Shown here one piece after another: positions 21,714 through 31,538 of a DNA stretch of 64,000 bases; within the stretch, counting starts at the first letter, position 1; each line of letters opens with the position of its first letter. The position numbers and the translations under genes are program-made. Origin of the DNA: Patescibacteria group bacterium (GTDB lineage Bacteria; Patescibacteriota; Patescibacteriia; UBA9934); assembly GCA_041660165.1 (NCBI GenBank), contig JBAZWW010000003.1:68352-132351 (forward strand), given 5' to 3'. The notes under the pieces are model-generated. The model saw nothing but the letters and a program-made list of their open reading frames with translations. It was not told where the DNA came from and ran no database searches.

Positions 21714-23024
21714 TTAGAGCACAGGGATATACGTTTCTTCCTTTGGCGAGGGTTTATAAGAGAGACTCGGCCCGTTTTTTTGGATGGAGATTAAAGCATC
21801 AACTAGCCGATCAATATCCTTAGTGGTGTTGAAGATGCCAAGACTGGCGCGCACGGCGCCATAGGATGCAAGACGATCGCCATTTTTTATTCGTTCCTCA
21901 ATTTTTTCTTGCGTTTTATCATCAATAGCAAACCAGCGCCGAACCAGCCGGTGATTGCAGATGGTCCCTGCCCGGGTCTCAATGCCGTATTCGTGGTCAA
22001 GGATAGCGGCCACCAGCGCATGATGGTAGCCCTTGAGCGTAAACGGAAAAGTGCCAATGCGGTCTTCAGCTTTGAACTTTTCAAGCGGGACATGATGAAT
22101 GACGTCCGGAATGCCTGACAAACGTTTTACGGCGTACTGAATGAGATCGCGTTCATGTTTGAGAATGGTGCTCCAGCCTGTGTTCGTCATGATCCGACAG
22201 CTTTCTGCCAGCGCCACAATGCCAACCACATTCCATGTTCCCGTTTGGTGCCGTTCCGCGCTTGGCGCCCACAGGATTCGTTCGGTTGAAATCATGTCGA
22301 TTGATCCTCCGCCGGGATCAACGGGCGTTCTTTCAAGCATATCTTTCGGTAACACAAGGACGCCTAAACCAAAGGGCGAGTAGATCTTGTGCGCGGAAAA
22401 AGCCAGCGCATCAATGCCCTGTTTCTTCATGTTGATCGGCCGGTGCGGGGCCAGCTGGGCGGCGTCAATGAACAAGCGCGCCCCGTGCAGGTGAGCAATG
22501 GCGGATAGGCGTTTCACATCCGGCACAAAACCGGCCAAGTTTGAGGCGCCGGTCATAGCAATCCATTTGAGCTGTTTGCTGTATTTTTTGGCCTTCTCCT
22601 CAAGATCGTCCATGTCTAGCGAGCCATCGCTAAAAGCCGAAACCTCCACTATTTTTGCTTTGGTGTTGTAACGCCAGGGGAGATTATTCGAGGTGTGCTC
22701 AATACATGAGGTGAGAATGACGTCTTCATTGGTCAGTACCATCAGGCGCGCCAGCTCATTGATGGCCGCGCTCGTGTTAGAGGTATAAAGCATCGCCTGT
22801 TCAGCGGACACGCCAAAGAACTCGCGAATGGTGGCAATTGCTTGTTCAGCAATTTCTACGGTTTTATTCGCATGCGGGCCGGCTCCGCGGTGGAGTGCGC
22901 CGTAGGAATCAAAGAATTTGTGAACGGCATCTGCAGTCTGCACGAATGGAGAAGTAGTGGCAGCATTATTCAGCTTCACCACAAGAGTGTCTGATCCAAT
23001 GACGGCTGGTATGAGTTTTTCCAT
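21714..23024 (-). CDS. Aminotransferase class V / cysteine desulfurase-like protein
   Basis: LNNAATT, EHTSNNLPW, IDAAQ, SAHK (PLP lysine), RAGTICNH, VRASLG. Confidence 0.88.
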   Translation of the reverse strand: MEKLIPAVIGSDTLVVKLNNAATTSPFVQTADAVHKFFDSYGALHRGAGPHANKTVEIAEQAIATIREFFGVSAEQAMLYTSNTSAAINELARLMVLTNEDVILTSCIEHTSNNLPWRYNTKAKIVEVSAFSDGSLDMDDLEEKAKKYSKQLKWIAMTGASNLAGFVPDVKRLSAIAHLHGARLFIDAAQLAPHRPINMKKQGIDALAFSAHKIYSPFGLGVLVLPKDMLERTPVDPGGGSIDMISTERILWAPSAERHQTGTWNVVGIVALAESCRIMTNTGWSTILKHERDLIQYAVKRLSGIPDVIHHVPLEKFKAEDRIGTFPFTLKGYHHALVAAILDHEYGIETRAGTICNHRLVRRWFAIDDKTQEKIEERIKNGDRLASYGAVRASLGIFNTTKDIDRLVDALISIQKNGPSLSYKPSPKEETYIPVL

Positions 23025-23031
23025 AGAGATG

Positions 23032-23742
23032 TTATTTTGTCACAAGTAAAAGCGCCGTGTTCCATTTGTAGAATAATCGTTTCACCTTACACCCCGTATC
23101 TATTAGCCATTGCTCTTGGTTTTCAATGGGCGCTAGGTTGTTCAGGAACATGTGGTGGTACGCCCAATCTCGTAATGTCGAACGGCTGTCAGAATGCTCG
23201 ACCAAGTGGTGGAAATGTCGAGCGTCCCTTTCCGCGGTTTCATGCGGGTCCGTGCTCGTCATCAGATCGCCAAAGAGAAACACTCCGCGTGGTTTCAGCA
23301 GGCCAGCAATCTTTTTGAACAAACGTTGTTTGCCGGCATGAGACTGATGGTGAATGCCGATGACCGAAAGAATGACGTCGTATTGTCCGTGAAAATGCAG
23401 TTTGCCAAAATCACCGAGTACGTAGGAAACGTTCTTTTGCCCGAGCCGTTTTTTAGCGTGGTCGAGCATTGTCGAAGAAAAATCGACCACCTCGAATCGG
23501 GCGCTTGGAAACGCTGATCTGACCAGGGCGGATGTGAGACCGGTGCCAACGCCGAGTTCAAGGATTCGCAACGGCTCATCTGAGCAGAAGCGTTTCTTCA
23601 GTTCCTTCAAGAGCGCCGTATGAATTTCCTTATGAAAAGGAATGGCCGAAATAATATTGCGGTCGTATTTGCTTTGGCTGTAATAGTGGTAGTTCAAATC
23701 TGTGGCTTGAACTAAGGGTTTTTGAGCCTTCATAGCGAACAA
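23032..23742 (-). CDS. Class I SAM-dependent methyltransferase
   Basis: Motif I ILELGVGTG, VDFS, LKPRGVF. Confidence 0.88.
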   Translation of the reverse strand: MFAMKAQKPLVQATDLNYHYYSQSKYDRNIISAIPFHKEIHTALLKELKKRFCSDEPLRILELGVGTGLTSALVRSAFPSARFEVVDFSSTMLDHAKKRLGQKNVSYVLGDFGKLHFHGQYDVILSVIGIHHQSHAGKQRLFKKIAGLLKPRGVFLFGDLMTSTDPHETAERDARHFHHLVEHSDSRSTLRDWAYHHMFLNNLAPIENQEQWLIDTGCKVKRLFYKWNTALLLVTK

Positions 23743-23858
23743 TAATAGCAGAAAATTCCACCATAGTCAATAATCTATGTCACAGCATATTTACAATGTA
23801 GCCAATGTTAGGTATAAAATCTGGTAGGTGAAGAAGTGTCGATATATTTTGACAACAT

Positions 23859-24581
23859 ATGAATGCACAAGACGCACTTATTGCCATGGGTTTAACTAAA
23901 CAGGAGGCGGGAATGTACGTGGCCATGCTGAGGCAGGGCGGAGCTTCTGCGAGTGTTCTCGCTCGCGAGGTAGGGATTAAACGCACCACGGCCTATGCCG
24001 TTTTGAAGAATCTGACGGACAAGGGTTTTTCGGCCGTCTATTTTCGGAGCGGGAAACGAGTCTTTCATGCACAGAAACCACACAAAATCGCTGAGCTGGC
24101 TGAGCAGAAACTGCAAAGTTTCAATGAAGCAATACCCATGTTTGAATCCATGGATAGGGCGCAGACGCAGAAACTCGGCCTGCGTTTCATTGATAGCAAA
24201 AAAGAGCTGGAAAAGTTTTATGATGAAATTTTGCTTGATTACAAGAATAAAGAATATCTCGTGATCGGCAGTACGCCAGCGTGGGAAAGCATTGATCCCG
24301 AATACTTTGTGAAGTTTCGTGCTGATCGGGCCAAGGCTCAGATTAAGACGCGCTTGCTTCTCACTGCCGAATCGACCGAAATGAACCCAACGAACAATGA
24401 GCTCCTGCGCGAGGTTAGATTCCTACCAAAAAAATACGTCTTCAAAAGCACGCTCGATATTTTTGATGATAAAGTACTCATCGTCAGCCCGGAACTTGCC
24501 TCGCTCGCCGTTATTATTGCTGTACCAGCCATGGTGGACGTATTCAAATCAATTTTTGAAATGCTTTGGGATAACGTTTAA
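23859..24581 (+). CDS. TrmB-family transcriptional regulator
   Basis: MGLTKQEAGMYVAML...R TT AY..L..L..KG winged HTH plus a C-terminal effector domain (FEMLW). Confidence 0.85.
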   Translation: MNAQDALIAMGLTKQEAGMYVAMLRQGGASASVLAREVGIKRTTAYAVLKNLTDKGFSAVYFRSGKRVFHAQKPHKIAELAEQKLQSFNEAIPMFESMDRAQTQKLGLRFIDSKKELEKFYDEILLDYKNKEYLVIGSTPAWESIDPEYFVKFRADRAKAQIKTRLLLTAESTEMNPTNNELLREVRFLPKKYVFKSTLDIFDDKVLIVSPELASLAVIIAVPAMVDVFKSIFEMLWDNV

Positions 24582-24590
24582 ACAAGCCTT

Positions 24591-25481
24591 ATGCGAAATT
24601 GGTTTTACTATTGGTTTGGGCTTGGCATCCTTTTTGCAAATAAGGCGCGGTACTCCGTTACGGGGTATTGCCGGCCTCGTGAATTCCCGGTGAAGGAGAT
24701 TGAGCGAGCGGTTCAGTACGATCGTGAAGTAGTTGCGCGCTTCGAAAGCATGTTGAAAGAAAAAGGTTTTGGCGAGCGTCCCTTTGCCGGCCGGCGGATA
24801 CTTGAACTCGGTCCTGGCGCAGACCTTGGCGTTGGTCTCTTGCTTCTTGGCAAAGGGGCGGTGTCATATCTTGGTTACGACAAATACTCGCTGGCAGACA
24901 AGGCACCAAGGGGACTTCATTCGGCCATTGTCTGCTCGATCGAGGACGGCGAATGTCGGGCGCGAGTTAGTGATTCGCTCCTTGCTTACGAACAAGGCCA
25001 GCCGACTGCACTGCACTTCAGGCGAGACGCGAGTTTTTCCTTTTCAGGACTCGAAAATGAAAGCGTTGATCTCATTATGAGCAACGCGGCTTTTGAGCAT
25101 TTTGACGATGTGATAGGCGTACTTGAACAGTCAGCAAGAGTACTTGCAAGCGGGGGTGTGTTGTGTGCTGAAGTGGATCTGCAGACGCATACCAGGGTGA
25201 TCCGTGATCGGGATCCGCTCAATATTTATCGGTATCCTTCAACTATTTACGGCTTGGTTAAGTTTTCCGGCATACCAAATCGGATCCGGCCGAATGTGTA
25301 CGAGGAGAAACTTCGCGCCCTCGGTTTCTCCTTGGTTCTCGTTGTTCAGGGAACAATACTCGACGAACAGAGGACTACGCTTGTTCGGCCGTATTTGCAC
25401 GCGGATTATCAGGAAGATCCTGCTTTGCACGTCATGAGCTTTATGGTTGTCGCGAAGAAAGCGGAAGAGGTGGTAAAATGA
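24591..25481 (+). CDS. SAM-dependent methyltransferase (type 11-like)
   Basis: ILELGPG, SVDLIMSNAAFEH, RVLASGG. Confidence 0.82.
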   Translation: MRNWFYYWFGLGILFANKARYSVTGYCRPREFPVKEIERAVQYDREVVARFESMLKEKGFGERPFAGRRILELGPGADLGVGLLLLGKGAVSYLGYDKYSLADKAPRGLHSAIVCSIEDGECRARVSDSLLAYEQGQPTALHFRRDASFSFSGLENESVDLIMSNAAFEHFDDVIGVLEQSARVLASGGVLCAEVDLQTHTRVIRDRDPLNIYRYPSTIYGLVKFSGIPNRIRPNVYEEKLRALGFSLVLVVQGTILDEQRTTLVRPYLHADYQEDPALHVMSFMVVAKKAEEVVK

Positions 25482-25488
25482 TGACAAT

Positions 25489-26367
25489 ATGCCTGCCAAG
25501 ATGCAAAAGATCCGCAAAGCCATTATTCCTGTGGCCGGAATGGGTACCCGTTTCCTACCCGCCACTAAGGCTCAGCCCAAGGAAATGTTGCCGGTGGTTG
25601 ATAAACCGGTGATCCAATATATTGTCGAGGAAGCCGTGGCAGCTGGTATCGAGGAGATCATTTTCGTTACCGCCATGGGCAAGCGGGCGCTTGAGGATCA
25701 CTTTGACAGAAACTTTGAGCTTGAATATCGCCTGGAACAGAAGCACAAGATGAAAGAGCTGGAGGCCATTGAAAAGATCGGCAAGCTGGCCAAGTTCGCC
25801 TTTGTTCGCCAGCAGAAACCGCTTGGGGATGGCCACGCCATCCTGGCCGCTGCGCCTTTTGTTGGGAAGGATGAGGCTGTGGCTGTGCTTTTTGGCGATG
25901 ACATTATTTCCGGCGGTCAGCCGGCCATTGGCGAGCTTATTTCTGCCTACGAACGGTTCGATGCTCCGATTGCGGCTATCCAAGAAGTCCCGCGCGACAA
26001 AATTTCAAGTTACGGGATTATTGATGGCGTGGAAATTGATGGCAACACCTGGGAAGTAAAGAAATTTGTGGAAAAGCCTGAGCCGGAAGATGCGCCGTCA
26101 AACCTTGGCATTGTTGGCCGTTATGTGATTACGCCAAAAATCTTTCAGTTGCTCGCCAAACAAAAGCCGGGGAAGGACGGTGAGATACGTCTGGCCGATG
26201 CTTTTATTACTCTCGTCGAGTCCGGCAAATCCATGTACGGCTACAAGTTTTCCGGCAATCGTTATGATTGTGGCAACAAATTACAGTTTATCATTGCGCA
26301 GATTGAGCTTGGACTTGAGCATCCTGAAGTGGGTGAAGGGCTGGCCGAGTATTTGAGAAACCGATAG
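25489..26367 (+). CDS. galU: UTP--glucose-1-phosphate uridylyltransferase
   Basis: KAIIPVAGMGTRFLPATKAQPKEMLP, VEKP, GEIRLADA, RYDCG. Confidence 0.95.
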   Translation: MPAKMQKIRKAIIPVAGMGTRFLPATKAQPKEMLPVVDKPVIQYIVEEAVAAGIEEIIFVTAMGKRALEDHFDRNFELEYRLEQKHKMKELEAIEKIGKLAKFAFVRQQKPLGDGHAILAAAPFVGKDEAVAVLFGDDIISGGQPAIGELISAYERFDAPIAAIQEVPRDKISSYGIIDGVEIDGNTWEVKKFVEKPEPEDAPSNLGIVGRYVITPKIFQLLAKQKPGKDGEIRLADAFITLVESGKSMYGYKFSGNRYDCGNKLQFIIAQIELGLEHPEVGEGLAEYLRNR

Positions 26368-26369
26368 CG

Positions 26370-26444
26370 TCCCACTCTGAGCGAGAGCGAAGAGTCCGAC
26401 CCTCACGTCTGAAAGTCGGATCCTTCGCATGGCTCAGGATGGGA
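26370..26444. repeat. Long-hairpin dispersed repeat (family E)
   Basis: TCCCA.TCTGAGC..GCGAAG..TCCGAC / GTCGGATCCTTCGC..GCTCAGGATGGGA; the right arm recurs inverted at 50806-50837. Confidence 0.75.
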
Positions 26445-26455
26445 ATAGGATCGAC

Positions 26456-27043
26456 ATGGCCACTTTTTCGACCATCCTGTTGCTTCTCTTCGCCATCTTT
26501 CTTACTTTTTTTGTTTTGCCGTTTGTATTTCTCTTGGCCACAAGCATCATCTGGAATGGCGCGCCGTTTGTGCCGGTGCCATCGAGGGCCGTGCCAGGGA
26601 TCGTTGAGGCCCTTTTTGCGACGAAGGGGTTTAGCATCGCCAAACCCGTACATGCGCAAAGGGCCGTGGTGTATGATATGGGCTGTGGCGATGGGCGAGT
26701 GTTATGCTCGGCTGTGCGCTCGAATCCCAATGTTCGAGCAGTAGGCATCGAGTGTGCCTTATTGCCATATGCGCTTGCCAGGATTCGAGCAAGAAATCTG
26801 CCGATTGAGATACGTCGAAAAGACTTTTTTCAGGAGGATCTTTCGCAGGCAACTCACGTGGTCACCTATCTCTTCCCTGAACTAATGGCTCGCGTCGAGC
26901 AGAAACTTGCCGTCGAGCTGAAGCCAGGGACTCGAGTAGTCGCCATCGACTTTCCTTTGCCAACCTGGAAACCGATTGAGGTTATAAAGCAAAAAGTGCC
27001 GGGACTGAAGAGGGGAACGAATCTGTATATTTATCAACTATGA
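26456..27043 (+). CDS. Membrane-anchored SAM-dependent methyltransferase
   Basis: N-terminal TM, GAPFVP, YDMGCGDGRV, ELKPGTRVV; start moved past the repeat. Confidence 0.82.
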   Translation: MATFSTILLLLFAIFLTFFVLPFVFLLATSIIWNGAPFVPVPSRAVPGIVEALFATKGFSIAKPVHAQRAVVYDMGCGDGRVLCSAVRSNPNVRAVGIECALLPYALARIRARNLPIEIRRKDFFQEDLSQATHVVTYLFPELMARVEQKLAVELKPGTRVVAIDFPLPTWKPIEVIKQKVPGLKRGTNLYIYQL

Positions 27044-28425
27044 AAAGATTTTTCTCGATATTTCTCGTACTTTCCACACTCGTCACCCTTGGCGCAGGCT
27101 GTGGCGGGGGAGGCGGTACGGCTTCAACTGCTACAGAAAAGGTTACGCTCAAATTTTGGAGCGTTTTTGATCAGCAGGATGCTTATCGTGAACTTATAAC
27201 AAAGTATAAAGGCGCCCATCCGAATGTAGACATTCAATATCGAGTTTTCAGGCCGGAGGAATATGACAAAGAACTCATTCGGGCGCTGGCAGAAGGAACG
27301 GGGCCGGACATTTTTTCCGTTTCAAATTCGCGCGTGGGCGAGTTTCAGGGCCTTTTGAAACCCATGCCCACTACACTCAATGTGAGCTCTCTTGTGACGC
27401 AGGGAACTCTCCAGAAAAAGACGTCTCTTGTGGCAAAGCAAGAGTCAACACCCTCGCAAAAAGCTTTCAAACAGCAATTTGTTGACGTGGTGGCAAATGA
27501 CGTCATCATGAGCTATCAGCCAGACCCTAAGAAACCCGCGGAACAGCGCGTCTTTGGCGTGCCGTTTGCCGTGGACAACCTCGCCCTTTTTTATAACAAG
27601 GATCTTTTGAACTCTGCCGGTATTGCCCAGGTTCCCGCCAACTGGGATGATTTTCGCTCGGCCGTGCAGAAGCTGACAAAATATGACGCTACCGGGGGAG
27701 TGGCTCAGTCCGGCGCCGCCCTTGGCACGGGCAAGAATGTTGACCGCGCGTCTGACATTATTTCCGTGCTCATGATGCAAAACGGTGCGCCCATGGTGGA
27801 TGAGCGCGGTAAACCCGCCTTTGACACTATCCCGGCCGGAACACAGCGGGGAATTTTTCCAGGGCTTGATGCTGTGCGCTTCTACACGGATTTTGCAAAT
27901 CCCGTAAAGGACGTTTACACCTGGAATGATACGTTTCCGGGTTCAGTAACGGCCTTCTCACGGGGGCAGACTGCCTTCATGCTCGGCTATAGCTATGACG
28001 TAGCGGCGCTTCAGGCAGCGGCGCCAAAGCTGAACTACGCCATTGCCCCGCTCCCGCAGATTGCCGGCGGGAAACAGATGAACATTGCCAACTACTGGGT
28101 GCAGGGTGTTTCAAAAACCAGCAAATTTTCTGACTACGCTTGGAATTTCTTATTGTACGCCAGCAGTCCTGCAAACGTAACAAGCTATCTAGCAAAGTCC
28201 GGCAAGCCCACTGCTCTGCGGAGTTTGATTGGCACGCAGTCAACGGATGAGAAGATCAGCGTTTTTGCGGACCAGCTTCTGACCGCCAGCAGTTGGTACC
28301 ACGGCAAAGATGCAGTGGCTGCTGAAAAAGCCCTTACAGATCTGGCCGCTAACGTCCTTGCAGGAATCGATAAGCCTGAAGATGCTATTGGACAGGCTGT
28401 GAGAGTGGTCGGGCAGACGTATTAG
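27040..28425 (+). CDS. Extracellular solute-binding lipoprotein (sugar ABC type)
   Basis: Lipobox LGAGC, GPDIF, LFYNKDLL. Confidence 0.88.
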   Translation: MKRFFSIFLVLSTLVTLGAGCGGGGGTASTATEKVTLKFWSVFDQQDAYRELITKYKGAHPNVDIQYRVFRPEEYDKELIRALAEGTGPDIFSVSNSRVGEFQGLLKPMPTTLNVSSLVTQGTLQKKTSLVAKQESTPSQKAFKQQFVDVVANDVIMSYQPDPKKPAEQRVFGVPFAVDNLALFYNKDLLNSAGIAQVPANWDDFRSAVQKLTKYDATGGVAQSGAALGTGKNVDRASDIISVLMMQNGAPMVDERGKPAFDTIPAGTQRGIFPGLDAVRFYTDFANPVKDVYTWNDTFPGSVTAFSRGQTAFMLGYSYDVAALQAAAPKLNYAIAPLPQIAGGKQMNIANYWVQGVSKTSKFSDYAWNFLLYASSPANVTSYLAKSGKPTALRSLIGTQSTDEKISVFADQLLTASSWYHGKDAVAAEKALTDLAANVLAGIDKPEDAIGQAVRVVGQTY

Positions 28426-28430
28426 CAAGC

Positions 28431-28499
28431 TCCCACCCCGACGTGAGGAGGGGTAGCGAGGAGGCAACCAATTCTACCCCTCGTCTCCTCGGGGTGGGA
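28431..28499. repeat. Hairpin repeat (family E variant)
   Basis: TCCCACCCCGA..GAGGGGTAG / CTACCCCTC..TCGGGGTGGGA. Confidence 0.65.
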
Positions 28500-28551
28500 T
28501 GTTCAGGGTTGAACGATGGGTAGAAATGAACCGTGTTACAATACGTATGCT

Positions 28552-29094
28552 ATGCATCTAGCTCGTTCAGTTTTTGTTTCACTTTTCCTTGTCCTAGCCG
28601 GTGCCTGTTTTTTTTCGTCCGCCAAACCTGCCCAGGCCCAAACGGTAAGCGAGGGTTATACGCAGATCATGTCTCAGGGTTTGGTTTTTGGAAACATTTG
28701 TCCGGCTGATAAGACCGTGGCTTGTCCATGTAGAGACGATGGCACGTGCCAGCTTTCAGACATGCTCCAGATTTTTGTAAACTTGTCGATTGGCATTCTG
28801 GCGATTTCAGGCTCCGTTGCCCTTCTCATGTTTTTCTACGGTGGTTTCACCTGGGTGACAAGCATGGGAAATGCCAAGAATGTGGAAAAGGGTAAGGAGA
28901 TCATTACCCGCGCGGTCATTGGCCTGGCTATCATCTTTGGGGCGTACGCCTTTGTGAACTTTCTCATCTTTGCTATCTCGGATACAAAAACCCGCGGTGA
29001 TCTTCCCGGTGCTACCATTGAACAAACCATTGATAAATCCGTCACCGGCCAGGAAGGGGGAGCGCCGGCAGGAAACATTCTGAACACCCAATAA
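28552..29094 (+). CDS. TrbC/VirB2-like pilin with a Cys-rich N-terminal region
   Basis: Core FFYGGFTWVTSMGN...VEKGK.II..AVIGL.II. Confidence 0.8.
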   Translation: MHLARSVFVSLFLVLAGACFFSSAKPAQAQTVSEGYTQIMSQGLVFGNICPADKTVACPCRDDGTCQLSDMLQIFVNLSIGILAISGSVALLMFFYGGFTWVTSMGNAKNVEKGKEIITRAVIGLAIIFGAYAFVNFLIFAISDTKTRGDLPGATIEQTIDKSVTGQEGGAPAGNILNTQ

Positions 29095-29095
29095 T

Positions 29096-29713
29096 ATGAA
29101 GAAGCTATTATTTTTTCTCGTCTTCGGAGCACCCTTTCTTTTCCCCCTCTCGGCTTTAGCGAATTGTCGTTCTGTACTTGATTCATGCGTTGCCGCGTGT
29201 GGCTCAGATGGTCTCTGTAGTCTGGCCTGTAATGAGGCGTATTTAGGATCTGTTGCTACATATGCGCCGGATCCTGTGCCAAGCGGTCACAATGTTCAGG
29301 CCTGTGTTGACCCCGCTCCGCCCTCAACTCCTCCGCCTTCAAACGCATCTGCAAATCTGCCCTCAACTAATGGCACAACAACCTTGTCAGACGCAAACAA
29401 GCCAGTCACGCTCATCAATCCATTGGGCACCACGGATCCCCGGGAGATTATTGGAAACCTAATTAAGGCGGTCATCTCCATCATTGGTTCTATCACGCTT
29501 CTCATGTTTGTTTATGGGGGCGTGTTATGGATTACGTCCATGGGTGATGATAAGAAGGTGATGAAGGGCAAACAGATCCTGGTGTGGTGCGTGGCCGGGC
29601 TGGCCATCATTGCCGGCGCCTATGCGCTCACTAACGCGGTGATTAGCGGGCTGACCACGGGGAGCGTTATCCCCACCACTGCCACGGGAGGATCAACCAC
29701 ACCACAGCAATAA
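29096..29713 (+). CDS. TrbC/VirB2-like pilin with a Cys/Pro-rich N-terminal region
   Basis: LINPLG; FVYGGVLWITSMGD..KV.KGK core. Confidence 0.8.
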   Translation: MKKLLFFLVFGAPFLFPLSALANCRSVLDSCVAACGSDGLCSLACNEAYLGSVATYAPDPVPSGHNVQACVDPAPPSTPPPSNASANLPSTNGTTTLSDANKPVTLINPLGTTDPREIIGNLIKAVISIIGSITLLMFVYGGVLWITSMGDDKKVMKGKQILVWCVAGLAIIAGAYALTNAVISGLTTGSVIPTTATGGSTTPQQ

Positions 29714-29760
29714 TCCTGTGCTATACTTCTTTTAAGAAATTCACTATTTCTATTATTACT

Positions 29761-30171
29761 ATGGTGAAAGCAATCGTGCGGTTCGGGATGAGCGTTGCCT
29801 TGGGTCTGGCCATGTCACTCCCGTTTGTCCGCTTGGTTCCGTCTCTCATGCCGGTAGCCCACGCTCAACCGCTGGCTGCAGAAGACATTATCAATCCGCA
29901 GTTTGGCGACGCTACGGGTCTTGGCCAGGGAGATCTGAAACAGACCATTGGCAATTTGATCCGCGTGGCTCTTGGATTCCTGGGCGTGGTAGCAGTGGTC
30001 ATTGTTCTCTACGGTGGTTTCAAGTGGATGGTGGCCGGCGGTAATGATGAGAAGGTGGGCGAGGCTAAGAAGCTCATCATCTCCGGCATTATTGGTCTGG
30101 CTATCATTCTCTCAGCTTACGCCATCACCACGTTTGTCATCTCAAGCTTCATGACCGCCACCACAGCGTAG
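29761..30171 (+). CDS. TrbC/VirB2-like pilin
   Basis: LYGGFKWMVAGGNDEKVGEAKKLI core. Confidence 0.85.
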   Translation: MVKAIVRFGMSVALGLAMSLPFVRLVPSLMPVAHAQPLAAEDIINPQFGDATGLGQGDLKQTIGNLIRVALGFLGVVAVVIVLYGGFKWMVAGGNDEKVGEAKKLIISGIIGLAIILSAYAITTFVISSFMTATTA

Positions 30172-30222
30172 TTGTCTCCTATCGAACTCCGCATCTTTCT
30201 TCTGGAAAGGTGCGGAGACGAT

Positions 30223-30639
30223 ATGCGAAAACTGGCAGCCGCCGCCTTCCTGACCATGGCTTTTTTTGCACCGCTTCGTCAGTGCTTGGCCTTTAGCGTG
30301 AATGACACTGGTCTGGAAACAACGGCTTTTGCCGCTAAGTACAGTACAGGTGACAACGTAAAAAACATCGGTACATTCATTGGCTTTTATATTATTCAGC
30401 CGGTGCTAGGTATCTTGGGTCTCCTTTTCTTGGTTCTCATGATTTACGCCGGTGTTCTCTGGATGACCGCTTCCGGCAATGAAAAGCGTGTACAGAAAGC
30501 AAAAGACATTTTGATCGCTGCCGTTATTGGCGCCACCATTATTGTGGGTGCATACGCAATCACAAATGCCCTCTTTAGTGCACTTTCTTCGGGATCTATT
30601 ACCGGTGCGCCCGCCACTACCTCCACTCCAACGCCTTAA
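30223..30639 (+). CDS. TrbC/VirB2-like pilin
   Basis: IYAGVLWMTASGNEKRVQKAK core; start moved to MRKL. Confidence 0.85.
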   Translation: MRKLAAAAFLTMAFFAPLRQCLAFSVNDTGLETTAFAAKYSTGDNVKNIGTFIGFYIIQPVLGILGLLFLVLMIYAGVLWMTASGNEKRVQKAKDILIAAVIGATIIVGAYAITNALFSALSSGSITGAPATTSTPTP

Positions 30640-30644
30640 ACTCT

Positions 30645-30986
30645 ATGCCTTTTACTACCGGGCTTTCTGACGCAGCTACGGGTAATTATTCCACCACGCA
30701 AACGCTTGGCCAGCTGATTGGCATGCTGATTAGCGCCGTGCTTGGCATCCTTGGTGTAATTTTGCTGGTTCTTGTGGTCTATGCCGGATTTCTTTGGATG
30801 ACCGCAGCCGGTGATGACAAGAAAATTAAGAAGGCTAAAGATATTCTTGCATCCGCGGTTGTGGGTATGATTATTGTGGTGGCCTCTTACTCTATTTCTA
30901 CGTTTGTTATTGGTGCTTTGCAGGGGACAACAAACGGAGCGAACAATACTTCTAATCAGAATATGGTGAATCAACAGCAACCGTAG
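30645..30986 (+). CDS. TrbC/VirB2-like pilin
   Basis: VYAGFLWMTAAGDDKKIKKAK core. Confidence 0.82.
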   Translation: MPFTTGLSDAATGNYSTTQTLGQLIGMLISAVLGILGVILLVLVVYAGFLWMTAAGDDKKIKKAKDILASAVVGMIIVVASYSISTFVIGALQGTTNGANNTSNQNMVNQQQP

Positions 30987-31036
30987 GCAGTTAGGTTTTT
31001 AATGGTGTATACTCTCAGTAAGAATTAATTATAACT

Positions 31037-31411
31037 ATGAACAAGCTCAAGCAATTGGTTATCGGTACCGCAATCGCTGTTATGCCTTTCAGCGCCGTGG
31101 CCCTTACGGTGCACGCCGCGGATCTCACTTCACAGTTGAGCGACGTAAACCAGACTGCAGGGTTTGGAACAAAGACCCCGCAGGAAACCATTGGTCAGCT
31201 TATCAGCGTATTCCTGGGCGTGCTTGGTATCGTCTTCTTGCTTCTCACTATTTACGCCGGTTTCCTCTGGATGACGGCGGCTGGTGATGACAAGAAAGTT
31301 GCTTCCGCCAAGAACATCCTTATCTCAGCGGTAGTTGGACTGGTGGTTATTCTCTCTGCTTACGCTATCAGCAGTTTCGTGATCCAACAGCTTCAGACAG
31401 CAACAACGTAA
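31037..31411 (+). CDS. TrbC/VirB2-like pilin
   Basis: IYAGFLWMTAAGDDKKVASAK core. Confidence 0.85.
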   Translation: MNKLKQLVIGTAIAVMPFSAVALTVHAADLTSQLSDVNQTAGFGTKTPQETIGQLISVFLGVLGIVFLLLTIYAGFLWMTAAGDDKKVASAKNILISAVVGLVVILSAYAISSFVIQQLQTATT

Positions 31412-31425
31412 ATTTTCTTAGAAGG

Positions 31426-31473
31426 AAATGCCCCCGAGGTCCTGTTAGACAGGACGAAGGGGCATTTTGTTTT
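31426..31473 (+). terminator. Terminator after the pilin array
   Basis: AAATGCCCC...GGGGCATTTT hairpin followed by a T tract. Confidence 0.7.
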
Positions 31474-31538
31474 GTAACGAAAACTGACCCCCGCGTTAGC
31501 GTTGGGGGCCAGTATATTTGCGCTCAGTCGGCGCACGC

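Noticed and set aside
28552-31411. Conjugative element or DGR target array
   Set aside because: No relaxase, coupling protein or reverse transcriptase, and no adenine-specific TR/VR pair was seen.
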